Notes under the pieces: model-generated
What the model was told of the DNA's origin: nothing
What the model saw: the letters and a program-made list of their open reading frames with translations, nothing else
Databases searched by the model: none
Shown here: positions 11,750-22,790 of the stretch, one piece after another
Layout: every line of letters begins with the position of its first letter
Position numbering within the stretch: the first letter of the stretch is position 1
Translations under genes and position numbers: made by a program
DNA from: Prorocentrum cordatum
Lineage: Eukaryota
Assembly: GCA_963575745.1 (NCBI GenBank)
Contig: CAUYUJ010000084.1
Coordinates: 1-64,000 of the forward strand
Length of the DNA stretch: 64,000 nucleotides
Reading direction: 5' to 3'

Positions 11750-12507
11750 AGAGAGAGGGAATTCCCAGAGTTCCCTTTTTCTTTTCAAAGTGGGACTCCC
11801 ACTCGGGTGTCCTACACATCCCCTGACATCTGGCCGGTACCGCGCCTCCTGGCTTCCCTGGGGGAGGCCCCAAGACGCCGAATGACAGCCGATGACGACC
11901 CCAAGGAGCCCCCAGAACGTAAAGAACGGCCCAACACGCTCCCGCCGCGGGAGTCCCGCGCAGCCCGAGACACCCTTCCGACCGCTCTCCAGGCCTCCAG
12001 GAGGCCTCAAGAACCGCCAGGGGGTCCGGAAAATCCCACACCTCTGAGGGGCCCGGCTAACACTACCCGCGAGGCACAAACAAAAAACAGCGCCGAACAG
12101 CGCCGAGGAACTGGAAAAGCATTGGAATTCCACAGTTCTTTTTTTTTGTTCTCCAAGTTTGGCCCCCGGTCTACTCCTGCACAACAGACCACAATTCAGA
12201 CCCCTTTCACCTCCCAAAAAAGAACCCAGGAAGCCTTTGAGAGCTCAATATCGTTGAATACCTAAGGAAATTGATGATTTCTGCGTTTCCGTATTTCCCC
12301 TTCTATACGATTCCGAGGCTTGCGCAGGGCCTCTGGACGCAAGAAGCGACCACAATGAGATTACACGAGTTAGTTGATCAAGCCTAGCTAGAACTTGAGC
12401 GCGCGCGAAGCGCGCGATGGTTCTAGTATACTCACACATACACATATATATACACATATATAGAGCTACATCTACATATCGCTATACAAGCACACATACT
12501 TACATCT

Positions 12508-12606
12508 AGGGGTGCGTGCACATAACTATATTCAGGGGTTTCGTGTAACTTGACGTTAAAACGAGGTTCGTCCGCAACGTCTCTCTCTCAAGTCTGCTGT
12601 TTCAGG
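12508..12606 (+). repeat. Split direct repeat A1
   Basis: TTCAGGGGTTTCGTGTAACT...GAGGTTCGTCCGCAACGTCTCTCT.TCAAGTCTGCTGTTTCAGG is repeated at 18729-18831. Confidence 0.9.
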
Positions 12607-12904
12607 GAGCGGATGCCTCTCGCGCTCCCCGGCCCAGTCGGCGCCCCCGGGCCTCGGTTGGCCCATTCGGCGCTGGCGGCGCTCCTGGCGGCGGCAGCGG
12701 GCGGCCTCTGGGGATTGGAGCTGCTCGAGTTCGAGGCGCCGGCCCCTGCGGCGGCCCCGGCTCCTCCGCCGCCGCTCCCCACCTGCGAAGTGCCGCAGTC
12801 CTGGGGCTGCCCCGACTGCCCCGTGTCGCCAGCCTGCCCAGTTTGCTCAGGCTGCCCGACGCCGACGGCCGGCGGGACGGGCGTGGCGGAGCAGGTGGCC
12901 GCTC

Positions 12905-14440
12905 ATGATGTACTCGTTGGAGGACTCCGGCGAGCGGCGGCGTGGGCTGCGGAGAGAGGGCGTCGGCTTGTGGCGAGGCGCGCGCCAGACGGCGGCCGTC
13001 CTCCTCGCGATGTCGCTGTGGATGTTCGCGGGCGGCGTGGCGTGGTGGAGTGAGCTGAAGCTGGGGCCGACGGTCGGCGATCAGTACCTCGGAGATGCGG
13101 TGGACCACGAGCGATGGCTGCTTCACCCGTGCTCTCGGAAGAAGGATGTCTGGATCATCGCCACGCCCGACCTGGATGAGCTCCCAGGGGCTGCTTCGAC
13201 AGGAGTGGATGAGGACATCGTCGAGACGTACCCGCGGCCAGACATTGGCTCGGAGCTCCTTTGGCTGGACAGGAAGCTCTATCGGTCTCTATCGTACCTT
13301 GGCCGCGAGGAGTTTGGGGACATGATCAAGTGTGGGTATCGGGCGGCGGCTACCTATGTACCTGGCTCTGAGGTGGCGCCTCCGGCGCCGGACGGCGCGC
13401 CCTTGCCGACGGACGAGGTGGTGCCCTCCAGCGAGCTGTTCCCGCACTGGCCTGCGTCAGCTCGCCAGATGCGGAGCAGGCGGCCCTCGGGTGGCTCGTC
13501 GCAGGACGCGCCGGGCCTGGGTGCCGACGGCGCGGCCGCTCACAGGAATGCGCATCGGGCCTCCGACATTCGCATTCTTGGGGTGGACTACGACAGTCGG
13601 AGAGAGAGATTCAAGGGCTGGCGCGGCGTGACCCGCGATATTACTCAGGAGACGTTCTCGCATAAGCCTCTGGAGGGCCCTGGCCTCGCCCTGTTCCCCG
13701 CAAAGCTCCTCGACCTCCACGGCTGCGACCCTCGCCAGTGGCTCCTCATGTGGTTTAGAGAGCGCAAGTTCGATGGCTCGGAGCATACTTACCAGGAGAT
13801 GAGAGCGCTGCATGATGCTCTGTACTTTGTGGGAGTGCACGATCGATTGAGCGTTGGAGCCCTCGCATCGGACGGGGCTTTGTGCCGCTGCATCCAGATC
13901 ATCATCGTTGTGCGCGCTAACTCTCAGAAGGTCACCTGGGAGCACGCCGCGCCGCGCAGGGGCACTGGGGCGCTCGAGGGCCCCGTCGGCCCGGCCCTCC
14001 AGTCGCGCGCGGCGCAGCTGGCCGAGGATCGGGCTGACATGGCTGCGGCTCTGGGCCAGGATGGCGCTCGGGGGCTCCGCGGCGGCCCCGCTTCGGCGGC
14101 GGAGGCCGCCGACGCGGGCGACGCCGCGGCGGGCGCTGGAGGTCGCGGAACACGCGGGGTCACGGCGGCGGGGGGCGCGAGGGCGGCGGCCGAGGGCGGC
14201 GCGGATCCGCGCCCGCTGCCGCCGATCATTGGCACCCCCGAGGGGGCCCGCCCCTCCCTCGGCGGGCAATCGCGGGGCGCTGGGGCACCTTCCCCAGGTG
14301 GCCGTTCGCGGAGGGACTTCCTCCCTCTGCCTGTGCCCGCTCTGCCTGCAGGCCCCGCCACTTCGACTCGCTCGGCAAAGAAGGCTTGGGGCCGCGCTCG
14401 GCGGCGCGCAAAGATGGTGCAGGAGGCGGTCCACGACTGA
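12905..14440 (+). CDS. Gag-like/ORF1 protein of the YR retrotransposon
   Basis: 511-aa non-repetitive ORF directly upstream of the RT region, inside the element termini. The Gag assignment is positional inference. Confidence 0.55.
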   Translation: MMYSLEDSGERRRGLRREGVGLWRGARQTAAVLLAMSLWMFAGGVAWWSELKLGPTVGDQYLGDAVDHERWLLHPCSRKKDVWIIATPDLDELPGAASTGVDEDIVETYPRPDIGSELLWLDRKLYRSLSYLGREEFGDMIKCGYRAAATYVPGSEVAPPAPDGAPLPTDEVVPSSELFPHWPASARQMRSRRPSGGSSQDAPGLGADGAAAHRNAHRASDIRILGVDYDSRRERFKGWRGVTRDITQETFSHKPLEGPGLALFPAKLLDLHGCDPRQWLLMWFRERKFDGSEHTYQEMRALHDALYFVGVHDRLSVGALASDGALCRCIQIIIVVRANSQKVTWEHAAPRRGTGALEGPVGPALQSRAAQLAEDRADMAAALGQDGARGLRGGPASAAEAADAGDAAAGAGGRGTRGVTAAGGARAAAEGGADPRPLPPIIGTPEGARPSLGGQSRGAGAPSPGGRSRRDFLPLPVPALPAGPATSTRSAKKAWGRARRRAKMVQEAVHD

Positions 14441-16440
14441 ACTGGCTTGCTGGCTACGACGCCTGGGGCCCTTCTCAGGAGCCTGCCTCGCCTGGAGTTT
14501 TGACGCCCGAGGTGATGGCCCGCGTGGAAGGCCTCGTCAAAGACTGGGGGCCCATGCCTGAGGCCCTCTTTGGGCGGGAGGCCCTCCGAGACCTCCTGCG
14601 CGGCCGGCCCCTGTGCGAGCCGAAGACTGGCCCCTCGAACCTTGCGGCCTTCCACGCCGACCTGGCGTCGCTGCCGAGCGACGCGTCGGGGCCCCCTTCC
14701 GATTGAGTCGCTGCTGGACGCCGAGGTCTCTCGATATTTGGAGGCCCATCATGAGCTGATGCTGCGACCCGTGACTGACTTGGAGAGTATCGAATCCGAG
14801 GCGCGAGAGATCACGCCGTACACCGATAGGAAGCTGCTGTACAATAAGAAGGCCTACCACGGCTTTGTCAGGCGGCTTTGGGATCTTGGCATGTTGGATG
14901 CCACCCCCAGGCCCTTGGAGAGGATTGGGGTCTTCTTCGTCTGGAAGATTTACAAGACACGCCTCAGGCTGATCATCGACGCTCGGAGAAGCAACTGCTG
15001 GTTCCGTGCCCCTCCAGGCGTCCGTTTGTGTACTTCGGAGGCCTTCGCGAACGTCGAGGTTGGCGATAGCGTCTTCGCGGGCCTGGAGAGGGTCAGGTTG
15101 TACCTCGGCATGGCGGACGTGAAGGGCTGCAACCGCCGCAAGGCGCTTGCCTGGCTCAGGCCCTAGTTCGCCTGGCCGGAGGTGCCCGCGCGGGCGCTGG
15201 GGCTGCGCGAGCTGGACGGAGTGCAGCTCAAGGCCACCGACGCAGCGTGGCCCATCTCCGCCCCCATGTGCACGGGGTTCGCTTGGTCGTTGTATTTCGC
15301 CCAGAAGGCTGGCGAGCGGCTGGCGGCTGCGGCGCCCAGCTTGCACGGGTCGGCGCCGCTGCGCGACAGGTCGCCCCCCCTGTTGCTGGCCGAGGGCCGC
15401 CCCCGCCACTGCGCGTACGTGGACAACCTGGGCGCCTTCGTCCGGGACCGGGGCCTGGCCCAGAACGCGGTCCGCGAGTGGGAGGCGAGCTTCGCTGACC
15501 ACGGGCTGGAGCTCCACGGCGGAGAGGTGGTGAGCAGGGGCATCCGCGCCCTCGGCTGCCGGCTTGACGGCCAGCAGCTGCGGACCGCCACCACGCCCGA
15601 ACGTTTTTGGAAAGTGTGTGCTGCGAGTGAGGAAATACTCCGCCTGGGTAGATGTGCAGGTTGGGCTCTTGAATGCTGGCTGGGTCACGCTACCTTCCTG
15701 AGTATGATCCAGAGGGGCCTCTTATCAGTCTTTCACACGTGCTATCGCGTTTGTCGTGTCCATTACTCGGAGGTCACTCCGCAATGGCCCTCCGTTCGCG
15801 ATGGGATCCGAGCCTGGAAAGGGCCGATGGTCTTTCTAATTCAGGACTGGGGGCGTTGTTGGAGTGAGCTGGTGACTGAAAGTGATGCCAGTGAGCAAGG
15901 ATATGGAGTCTGCACGTCGTTCTGGCGCCAGGCGCAGGTTTCTTCCGTCGGCCGCGTTCTGGAGAGGAGCAGGTTTCAGCTCAAGTGCTCGCGAGTCGGC
16001 CCTCAGCGCGGCCGGCCCCGTTCGGAACCCTCGTTCTGGTGCCTGGGAAACCCCGGGGGGCGAGAGCGCCGATTTCTCCGTCGCGCTCGATTTTCCTGGG
16101 GCCCCAGCGGGGCTACTCGACAAAAGCCTGTGGACCCCTCGCGTCTGGGGCAAGTGGAGTTTTGCCGAGGACATCCTCATTCTCGAGGCTCGTGCCTTGG
16201 GGCTGGGAGTCCGTCGAGTTTTGTCCTGAACTCCCCTGGGTGTCACTGTAGGGCTCTGATGCTTAGCGACAACATGAGCATCGTCTTGGCCTTTGCACGG
16301 TCCCGCTCACGCGAACTTCGGCTCCTCATTTACATCCGTCGGGCCGTGGCATATAGCCTCTCTCGCAATGTAGTTTTCTCGTCTAGGTGGATTCCAAGTG
16401 AATTGAACTCAGCGGACGAACCCTCGCGTCGACACGACCC
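14441..16440 (+). pseudogene. Reverse transcriptase - RNase H (frameshifted)
   Basis: GVFFVWK...RLIIDARRSN, MADVKG, PMCTGFAWSLYFAQ, YVDNL (15416-15430). RNase H motifs ESDASEQGYG, ILILEARA, LSDNMS, WIPSELNSADEPSR. Frameshifts near 14700, 15170, 15980 and 16225. Confidence 0.85.
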
Positions 16441-16849
16441 CGATTTTCCTAAGAGGCCGACTCCGTGCCCAGTTCGGCTCAAAGCTTCCTCGGATGCCGC
16501 CTCGTCCGACAGCGCCCCGGACTCGTGCTCTGTCTCGACCAGTGCCCCAGGATGTGCCGAGGCCGAAGCGCCGGCGAGCCTGGAGGCACCCTTCAAGCGC
16601 CAGAGCTGGGGGCGCGGCTCTCGGGCCGACGACGCCGAGACGGTCTTCCTGGACGTGGGGCCCGCCAAGCGACTTGGCGCACCGTCCGCCGACGACGGGG
16701 CCGGGCCTGCCGGGCGGCCTCGCCGCCGTTGGGCCGGCAGTGCTGGCCCCGGCGCCGGCTCCAGCTCGAGCGGCAGCTCCTCGTCCGAGCCCGGGCCCGA
16801 CGCCGTCGGCGGAAGGGCGAGGGGGCTGGCGACGCGGTCGCGGCGGCGG

Positions 16850-17780
16850 CTGCCGAGGCACTTGGGGGCGGCGCTGGGCATCGAGAAGGAAGGCCTGGTT
16901 TGGCTGGGGGACAAGGCGGCGACGGCCAACGCGTGGCGCTACTACCCGAGCCACCTCCAGGACTACGCGACGTCCGCAGAGGGGCTCGGCCCAACGCTCG
17001 CGGGCGACGGTGACGGGGACGACTAGCGCGTGAAGCTCGTCAGCGCGAGCTTCCTCTCTGGCCGTCTGTCGGACTATGGGGAGAAGGGGCCGTCGGCCTT
17101 TGCCGACCGCCACCCGGCCTTCATCAGGGCTGGCATGCGGCGGCTCCCCCGGGCCTGGCGCTGCCTGCGGGGCTGGCGCCGCCTTGCGCCTGGCCGTTCC
17201 AGGCGTCCTATGCCTCAGGCGGTGTGGAAGGCGATCGCCGCGGCCGTGCTCCTGGGCGCGGGGGCCTGCTCACGGCCCCACGAGCTGGCGAAGATTCGGC
17301 CCGAGGACCTGTTCCCCCCCGTGCGGGAGATATCGAGGCACTGGTCTCCTATCATCTACCCGCGGGGCAGGGGCATCTCCACCGAGAGGGGGGCGATGGA
17401 CAGCAGCGTGATGCTGGGCAGCAAGTGGAAGCTGGAGCTGGCGTCGTTGTGGTCTTCGATGGCGGGAGCTCCCAACGACGAGCCTGTCTGGACGTTCGCG
17501 CACCCAGCGCCGGTAGGGAAGTTCAAGGGGGCGCTCGGCCAGATGGGCGCCCCAGCGGTGCCCTACTTGGCGCAGCGCAGCAGCCCCAGCATCGGCAAGG
17601 ACCTGCAATCGATCCCTCGCGACGAGGTGCACGAGGGAGGCCGCTGGACAGGCCGCTAGTCGTCCGTTCGATACGGGGGGGCGGCGACGCTGAGCAAAGC
17701 CTGGCACTACCTCCCTCTGGCGACCCGGGCGAGTTGCGGGGCGCTCGACGCGCGCCTCGAGGAGCTGCTGCTGCGAAGTG
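16850..17780 (+). pseudogene. Tyrosine recombinase (degenerate)
   Basis: LPRAWRCLRGWRRLAP, CSRPHEL (catalytic Arg box), degenerate PYLAQRSSPS (HxxR box), GGRWTGR*SSVRYG (Trp/Tyr box). In-frame stops at 17024 and 17657. Confidence 0.75.
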
Positions 17781-17811
17781 CCAGCCGCGTAGCTGGCGGC
17801 GCGGAGCGGCG

Positions 17812-18510
17812 CTGAAAGGCCAGCATCTCGGCGATTTCTGCTCGGGCGAAGGCGGGGTCGCCCACGCCAGCCGCCGACGAGGTGCGCCTGCGCGGACCTG
17901 GGGCCTCCGAGAGGGGCCCCAAGGAGACCTAACTCGTCCGCCTGTGCTCAGATGCATACGCCAAGACGCCAGCTTGGGCCGTCTCTTAGCAGCTGTGTTC
18001 GCCCCCCCTTGTCAGGCGTTCTCTATAGCCAGAGACCGCACCGCGGTCATGCGAGCGACCGGGCATCCGTGGGGAGTCCCCCGGTGTAGCACACGGGACG
18101 CGGTGAAGTTGGTGCAGGGGAGCGCGTGTCTCAACGCGTGTCTGAATACTATAAATTATGTGCATGCTCGTAAGATTCCGTGGATGCTCGAGAATCCTAA
18201 CTCGTTTAAGATGTGGGTGATCCCGCAGGTGCGAGCGATGCTGTCTCGGGAGAGCGTCGACATGGTTACAAGCGATTTTTGCCAGTTCGGTGCTCCTTGG
18301 AGGAAACGCACTAGGTTTATTTGCGGAAGAATCCCCCGAGAAGACCTGGTCCGTTTAAGTCGATTTTGCACAGGGAAATGGGTTTTTGCAATATGACTGG
18401 ACGTAAACATCACCAGTTAGAAGAAACCGCAGCGACACGTAGAGCCCAACCTTACCCAAAGAGGTTGTGCGAATCGCTCGCTCACTCGCTGTTGCGTCGT
18501 ATTCGAAACA
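17812..18510 (+). pseudogene. C5 cytosine DNA methyltransferase domain encoded by the retrotransposon (one frameshift near 18380)
   Basis: Motif I DFCSGEGG (17833), motif IV PPCQAFS (18004), motif VI WMLENP (18181), motif VIII-like CQFGAPWRKRTRF, motif X-like AQPYPKRLCESLA. Confidence 0.85.
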
Positions 18511-18602
18511 CCGTGATCAACTATTCCGATCTTGCGCTCGCGACCCGCCCTCGCCCAGACCCTCCTTAATTCGAGAACTTCCCCTTTTTGCGGGTGTTTT
18601 CG

Positions 18603-18975
18603 GGACTATTTAAGGCTCGGTCCAGGGGTGCTGGCCCAATCCCTGTAGCGGCCGGGTCGCAGCCGCCAAGACGCGCGTGGTTTCTACGAGACATATCTTA
18701 TCCGCTGAAAAAGAAGCCCCGTTGATACAGGGATGCGTGCATATAGCAATCTTCAGGGGTTTCGTGTAACTCGACGTTCTTTAAAAGGAGGTTCGTCCGC
18801 AACGTCTCTCTGTCAAGTCTGCTGTTTCAGGCCCCCCCCCCCACACACCAGGACTTTTTAAGGCTCGGTCCAGGGGTGCTGGCCCAATCCCTGTGGCGGC
18901 CGGGTCGCAGCCGCCAAGACGCGCGTGGTTTCTACGAGACATATCTTATCCGCTGAAAAGGAAGCCTCGTCGATA
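18603..18975 (+). repeat. 3' split direct repeats B1-A2-B2
   Basis: B1 18603-18727 and B2 18851-18975 (TAAGGCTCGGTCCAGGGGTGCTGG...CCGCTGAAAA) flank A2 18729-18831. Confidence 0.9.
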
Positions 18976-19102
18976 TCGATATATTGGTTCATCCATCTAT
19001 ATGTGTATACATGCATGTATATATGTACATGCATGCATATGTAATTATGTAGGTACGTGCGTCTATATACTTAGGTCTTTATATGAATACGGCACAACTA
19101 TG

Positions 19103-19145
<43 letters not shown>

Positions 19146-19854
19146 CTCATTGCATTTTTATAAAGCCAGGGCAAAGCAACAGACAGGCAGCCTGTGCACA
19201 GAGTAGAGAGGGACGGAAAGGACAGCACGACCGACAGGCGATGCCAACACACGGGACACCCCCACCTCCAGGCCCGGACCCCAACGAGCCAGGTCCTGCC
19301 GCGGCGGCGAGAATCCACCCGCCAACGACGGCGGCCCCAGGCACCCACCTCCAACGCCCCTACAAGTAGGGGTCAGAGGGGATCAGACCACCTCGACGTA
19401 GGGGTCGAGCCCCGCGGGGTCCTCAAGGGTGGACCCGGGGAAGCGGAGCAGTCCATCGGTCCTTGAAGCATTCGCGATGACCTGGAAGGGCGCTCAGGTT
19501 TCCCCCTTTTCAGGCCCCCCGTTGCTCCACACCTGGCTCCACCTCCCCATGAGGATGCCCAGGTGCCCCCTCGCGTGGTTGCACCGAAATCGGGAGGACT
19601 GCTCCCTCGGAGGGGCCATAGCCGTGCGGCCGACCCCTCGCGAGCGCGCAGCCCGCCGCGCGCGGCCGCTGCCCCCCGAGCGATGCGCGCCGGCGCCGCC
19701 GCTGCCGCGGCGGGGAGGCCCGCCGCTGGCGCCACGTGTGCGCCGCCGCCTCCCGGCGCAGCAGGCAGCGCCGCGGCGTCGGGCGCGGCCGAGGGGCTGG
19801 AGAGAGCCGAGGAGCACAGAGCACGAAGAAGAAAACACGCCATGAGCATAAAAC

Positions 19855-19992
19855 TTTGGCGCTCCGCGCTGGATTTCTTGGATCCGCGCCTGGGCCCCCC
19901 CCGGCGGCGCCTCTGGCGCCGCCCCTGGCGCGCTCCCTGCGCCAGGGAGGGGGGTCTTACGCAGATCCAGGACATCCGCGCAGAGCGCCAAA
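19855..19992. repeat. T-shaped palindromic element (family member; opposite orientation to the 28914 copy)
   Basis: Outer arms TTTGGCGCTCCGCGCTGGATTTCTTGGATC / GATCCAGGACATCCGCGCAGAGCGCCAAA with two inner hairpins. Confidence 0.7.
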
Positions 19993-20451
19993 CATTGATG
20001 TTTACGGCGTGTTTGCTTCGTCTGACAGAGCGGCACACGCCCAGATCTCCAACACATTCGAGCTCCCGAGGCTTTCCGGGCCCGAGGTTTCCGGGCGCGG
20101 GATGCCTTCCAGCAGCTGCGCCTCGCCGAGAGCGTTTCTGGGGGTGCCGGGATCGTCCCAAACGGCCGCCAGAAGCTCGAGTTTTGGCCCGGAAGCCACC
20201 CGGAGCCTAGACCTCCAACGCTGAGGATTCCTTCGGTTGTCTGAAGGGGCACTCATAAGATTGACCATCGTCTTGTGCTGGAGGCCGGTTACACTGAAGT
20301 TTTCAGTCGTTTTCGGCGTTCGGGGCCCCTCACTGGGCACCTGGACCGTCGAACAGATATTTGGTACGAAGAATCGGTCTCCCAGAGGTGGTCCAGAGCT
20401 TCAGGGGCCCCGCATTGAACAAAAATCAGAAGATCGGAGGTCTGGGAGCAT

Positions 20452-22377
20452 AAACGTTCGGAGCTCCGCGCGGATTTCGTGGATCGGGTCTGGGGCCCTT
20501 CTGGCGGCGTCGCCCCTGGCGCGCTCCGCGCGCCAGGGGTGGGCTCCCCTTTCTATTCTTCCTGTGACCCCTTCTTTTTGCCCTGGGGAGGCTGTAGCGC
20601 CCGTCCGCACCCTGTATTTTCTTCCTGTGCCCCTTTTTGTTTCTTGCCGCCTGTCCCCGATGGAACCCATTTCTTTCTTGTGTGCAGCCCTTGGAGGGAC
20701 CTGCCCAGGAGGGGTCCGCCTGGGGGTTCCCTGGGGGGAGTCTTCCTGGGAGGGAGGGGGCTCCCACGGAGGAGGAGGAGGAGGAGGAGGAGGAGGAGGA
20801 GAAGGAGGAGTGCGCTCCCACAACTGTCAAACATCCCTTCTGCAAAACGAGCGCGGGGCTCGAAATACCCTCGAGAAACCTGCGCGCAGGCGCGCCGTCC
20901 TCGAGCGGGCACGCGCGGGCTCCCTCCTTCGCCTCCCCCTCCTCGCCTTCCCAGTCCTCTCCGCGCCCCCCAAGACCGGCACCCCCGGAGTCCCCCGTGC
21001 CGAGCATGCCAGTTGGAGGGTGAAAGAGGGGGTTGCAACAGGGGGCCTTCAATGGGGGCCGAATGGCCCACGTATGCTCAGTGTATCGCTCGTGTATGTG
21101 ATCGGGTACGATTGGCATCCAATGTTGGCGGTCATGGATGGCCAGTGCGGGCACACGCGCCGCCCATCCATTCTCGTTCATGCGTGCGGGCGTTCTTGCA
21201 TGTTGCGCGTGGGGCGGCGAAGTGGAGTGCAAGTGTGTCTTGATTGTGCGATTGATGATCGCGTATGGCCCCAAACGATGACTTATCGACCCCAAGACTG
21301 ATTTGGATTGGGTCCCGCGATTTTCCCAAAATGTGAATTCACATCGTTCTTCTTCCCAAAATGTGAATTCACATTTTCCTTTTTTTTCCAAACTGTGAAT
21401 TCACATTCTGGCCCCTTGCATACAGACTCCTACACAAAATTCCAAAATGTGAATTCACATTTCCCCTTTCTCTTAAATGTGAATTCACATTTTCCTTTTT
21501 CCCACAATGTGAATTCACGAGATTCGAAGACCCTGAGGGTCTCCGAATCTCGTGATGTGGTCGGTGTTCTGCGCAACATGCTCCGCATTGGTTTTTCAAT
21601 GGAAAGCGGTGGTCTGCGGGCCCTGGTAGGCAACGGAGATCCGAGATGGGGGGCGCACTTTCCTTGAGCGGGCACGCGCGAACCGCACGTTGTTTCAACA
21701 CGCTTGGAGTTGATTTAGTTTTTCATCGAGCGGAAATATGCCGGCCCTCTACGGGTCTACCTGGTAGAAGAACACCCTGGGCCCAAACCATTTCCGCGAA
21801 AAAGGGCCCCGCCCGTGCCCGTGGGGAGGAAAATAAAGTCGCAGGGAAAAGCCAGAGTAGGCAAGCGAAGACAAAGGTCGCAGGAGGAACATTAATGATC
21901 GCGGGGCTGTCGGCTGTCAAAAAACGGCCTAGAATGAAGAACCATTCCTTGGAAAGAGGTCTAAATCCATGGGGAGCCATGTTTGGAACATATTCATGAC
22001 GTTCGATGTGTGGGGGTGGGGGGCTGGGCCAGGGGGGGACCATCCATCCCCAGTCGCCCATCCATCGCCAGTTGGAGCCTGGGCCCCTCAGGACGGACCC
22101 CCTACAGGAGAAAAAAGGGTCACAGGAAAACAACAAAGAGCACATCGCCAAGGAAGGGGTCTGCGACCACTGGCGAAACCTACCCCTGCGGGTCCATTCG
22201 ACGGTGGGGTATCGAACGCCCCCGCCAGGGTTCACCTGGCTGCAGACATCTTTTGAACTCGGAACCCCAGCTGCTTTTTCAGAACTCGGATCTGCAGTGC
22301 AGGGTATGGTTCGCATGTGGCTGCTGAGAGGGGCCCAGCGGAGATCTCAGAAGTCCGCGCGGAGCTCCGAAAGTTTC
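20452..22377. mobile_element. Palindromic-family element split by a nested ~1.6-kb inverted-repeat-bounded insert
   Basis: AAACGTTCGGAGCTCCGCGCGGATTTC (20452) vs GAAGTCCGCGCGGAGCTCCGAAAGTTT (~22350). Inner IR TTCCTGTGACCC (~20559) / GGGTCACAGGAA (~22117). Confidence 0.55.
21325..21520. repeat. Cluster of 6 palindromic AAATGTGAATTCACATTT motifs
   Basis: TGTGAATTCAC(A) occurs six times, separated by pyrimidine-rich spacers. Confidence 0.85.
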
Positions 22378-22457
22378 TGTTTCGAAAGGGCCGAGCGTAA
22401 CCCCAGAGCGACGTGCCCCCAGTAAGACGTCGCGAGAGCCACGATTCCAGCCACGGC

Positions 22458-22790
22458 ATGCGCCACGACCTAGCTGCTAGGCGTCCCGAGGTGGGCTCCG
22501 CGGACCCCCTTTCCTCCCTCCTCGAGGAGCAGCACCCTGTGATCGCTGCGGAGATGACAGAGGTGAAGGCCTGGCTCACCGAGTGGTCGCTGGGCCTCGA
22601 GTCCAGCCTGGCAGGCCACCAGGCCTCGCTGGAGGCGGCGCAGGAGCGCCTCGAGCGCCGCGAGGACCGCCTCCTCGGCCGGCCGGCCCTCGCGAGCCAC
22701 AGCTGGGCTCTCCGGCGGCCTCCTTCGGGACGGGCCGAGCACCCGGGGCTCGCGGTCGGCGAGGCGCAGCTGCTGGAGAGCACCCCGAGG
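22458..22790 (+). CDS. Putative first exon (N-terminal coiled coil) of channel paralogue 2
   Basis: MRHDLAARR...LSSLLEEQH...EMTEVKAWLTEWSLGLESSLAGHQASLEAAQERLERRE is coding-like, heptad-rich and upstream of the first homologous exon. The link to the gene is inference. Further N-terminal exons may lie at ~23815-24000, ~24920-25080 and ~28545-28800. Confidence 0.45.

Larger units (their letters stand above)
12508..18975 (+). mobile_element. Tyrosine-recombinase retrotransposon (DIRS order, PAT/Ngaro-type split direct repeats A1...B1-A2-B2) carrying a C5 DNA methyltransferase; degenerate copy
   Basis: A1 12508-12606 ~ A2 18729-18831; B1 18603-18727 ~ B2 18851-18975. Internal Gag-like, RT, RNase H, YR and MTase motifs in that order, with several frameshifts and stops. 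Flanked by TA/CA-rich sequence. Confidence 0.9.

Noticed and set aside
19373..19842. Possible small minus-strand gene with signal-peptide-like start (MACFLLRALCSSAL...)
   Set aside because: It is Ala/Gly-rich and low-complexity with no recognisable domain or supporting homology, so it cannot be supported without transcripts.
21325..21520. CRISPR-like array of palindromic repeats
   Set aside because: Spacers are short, irregular and similar to one another, there are no cas genes, and the context is eukaryotic.
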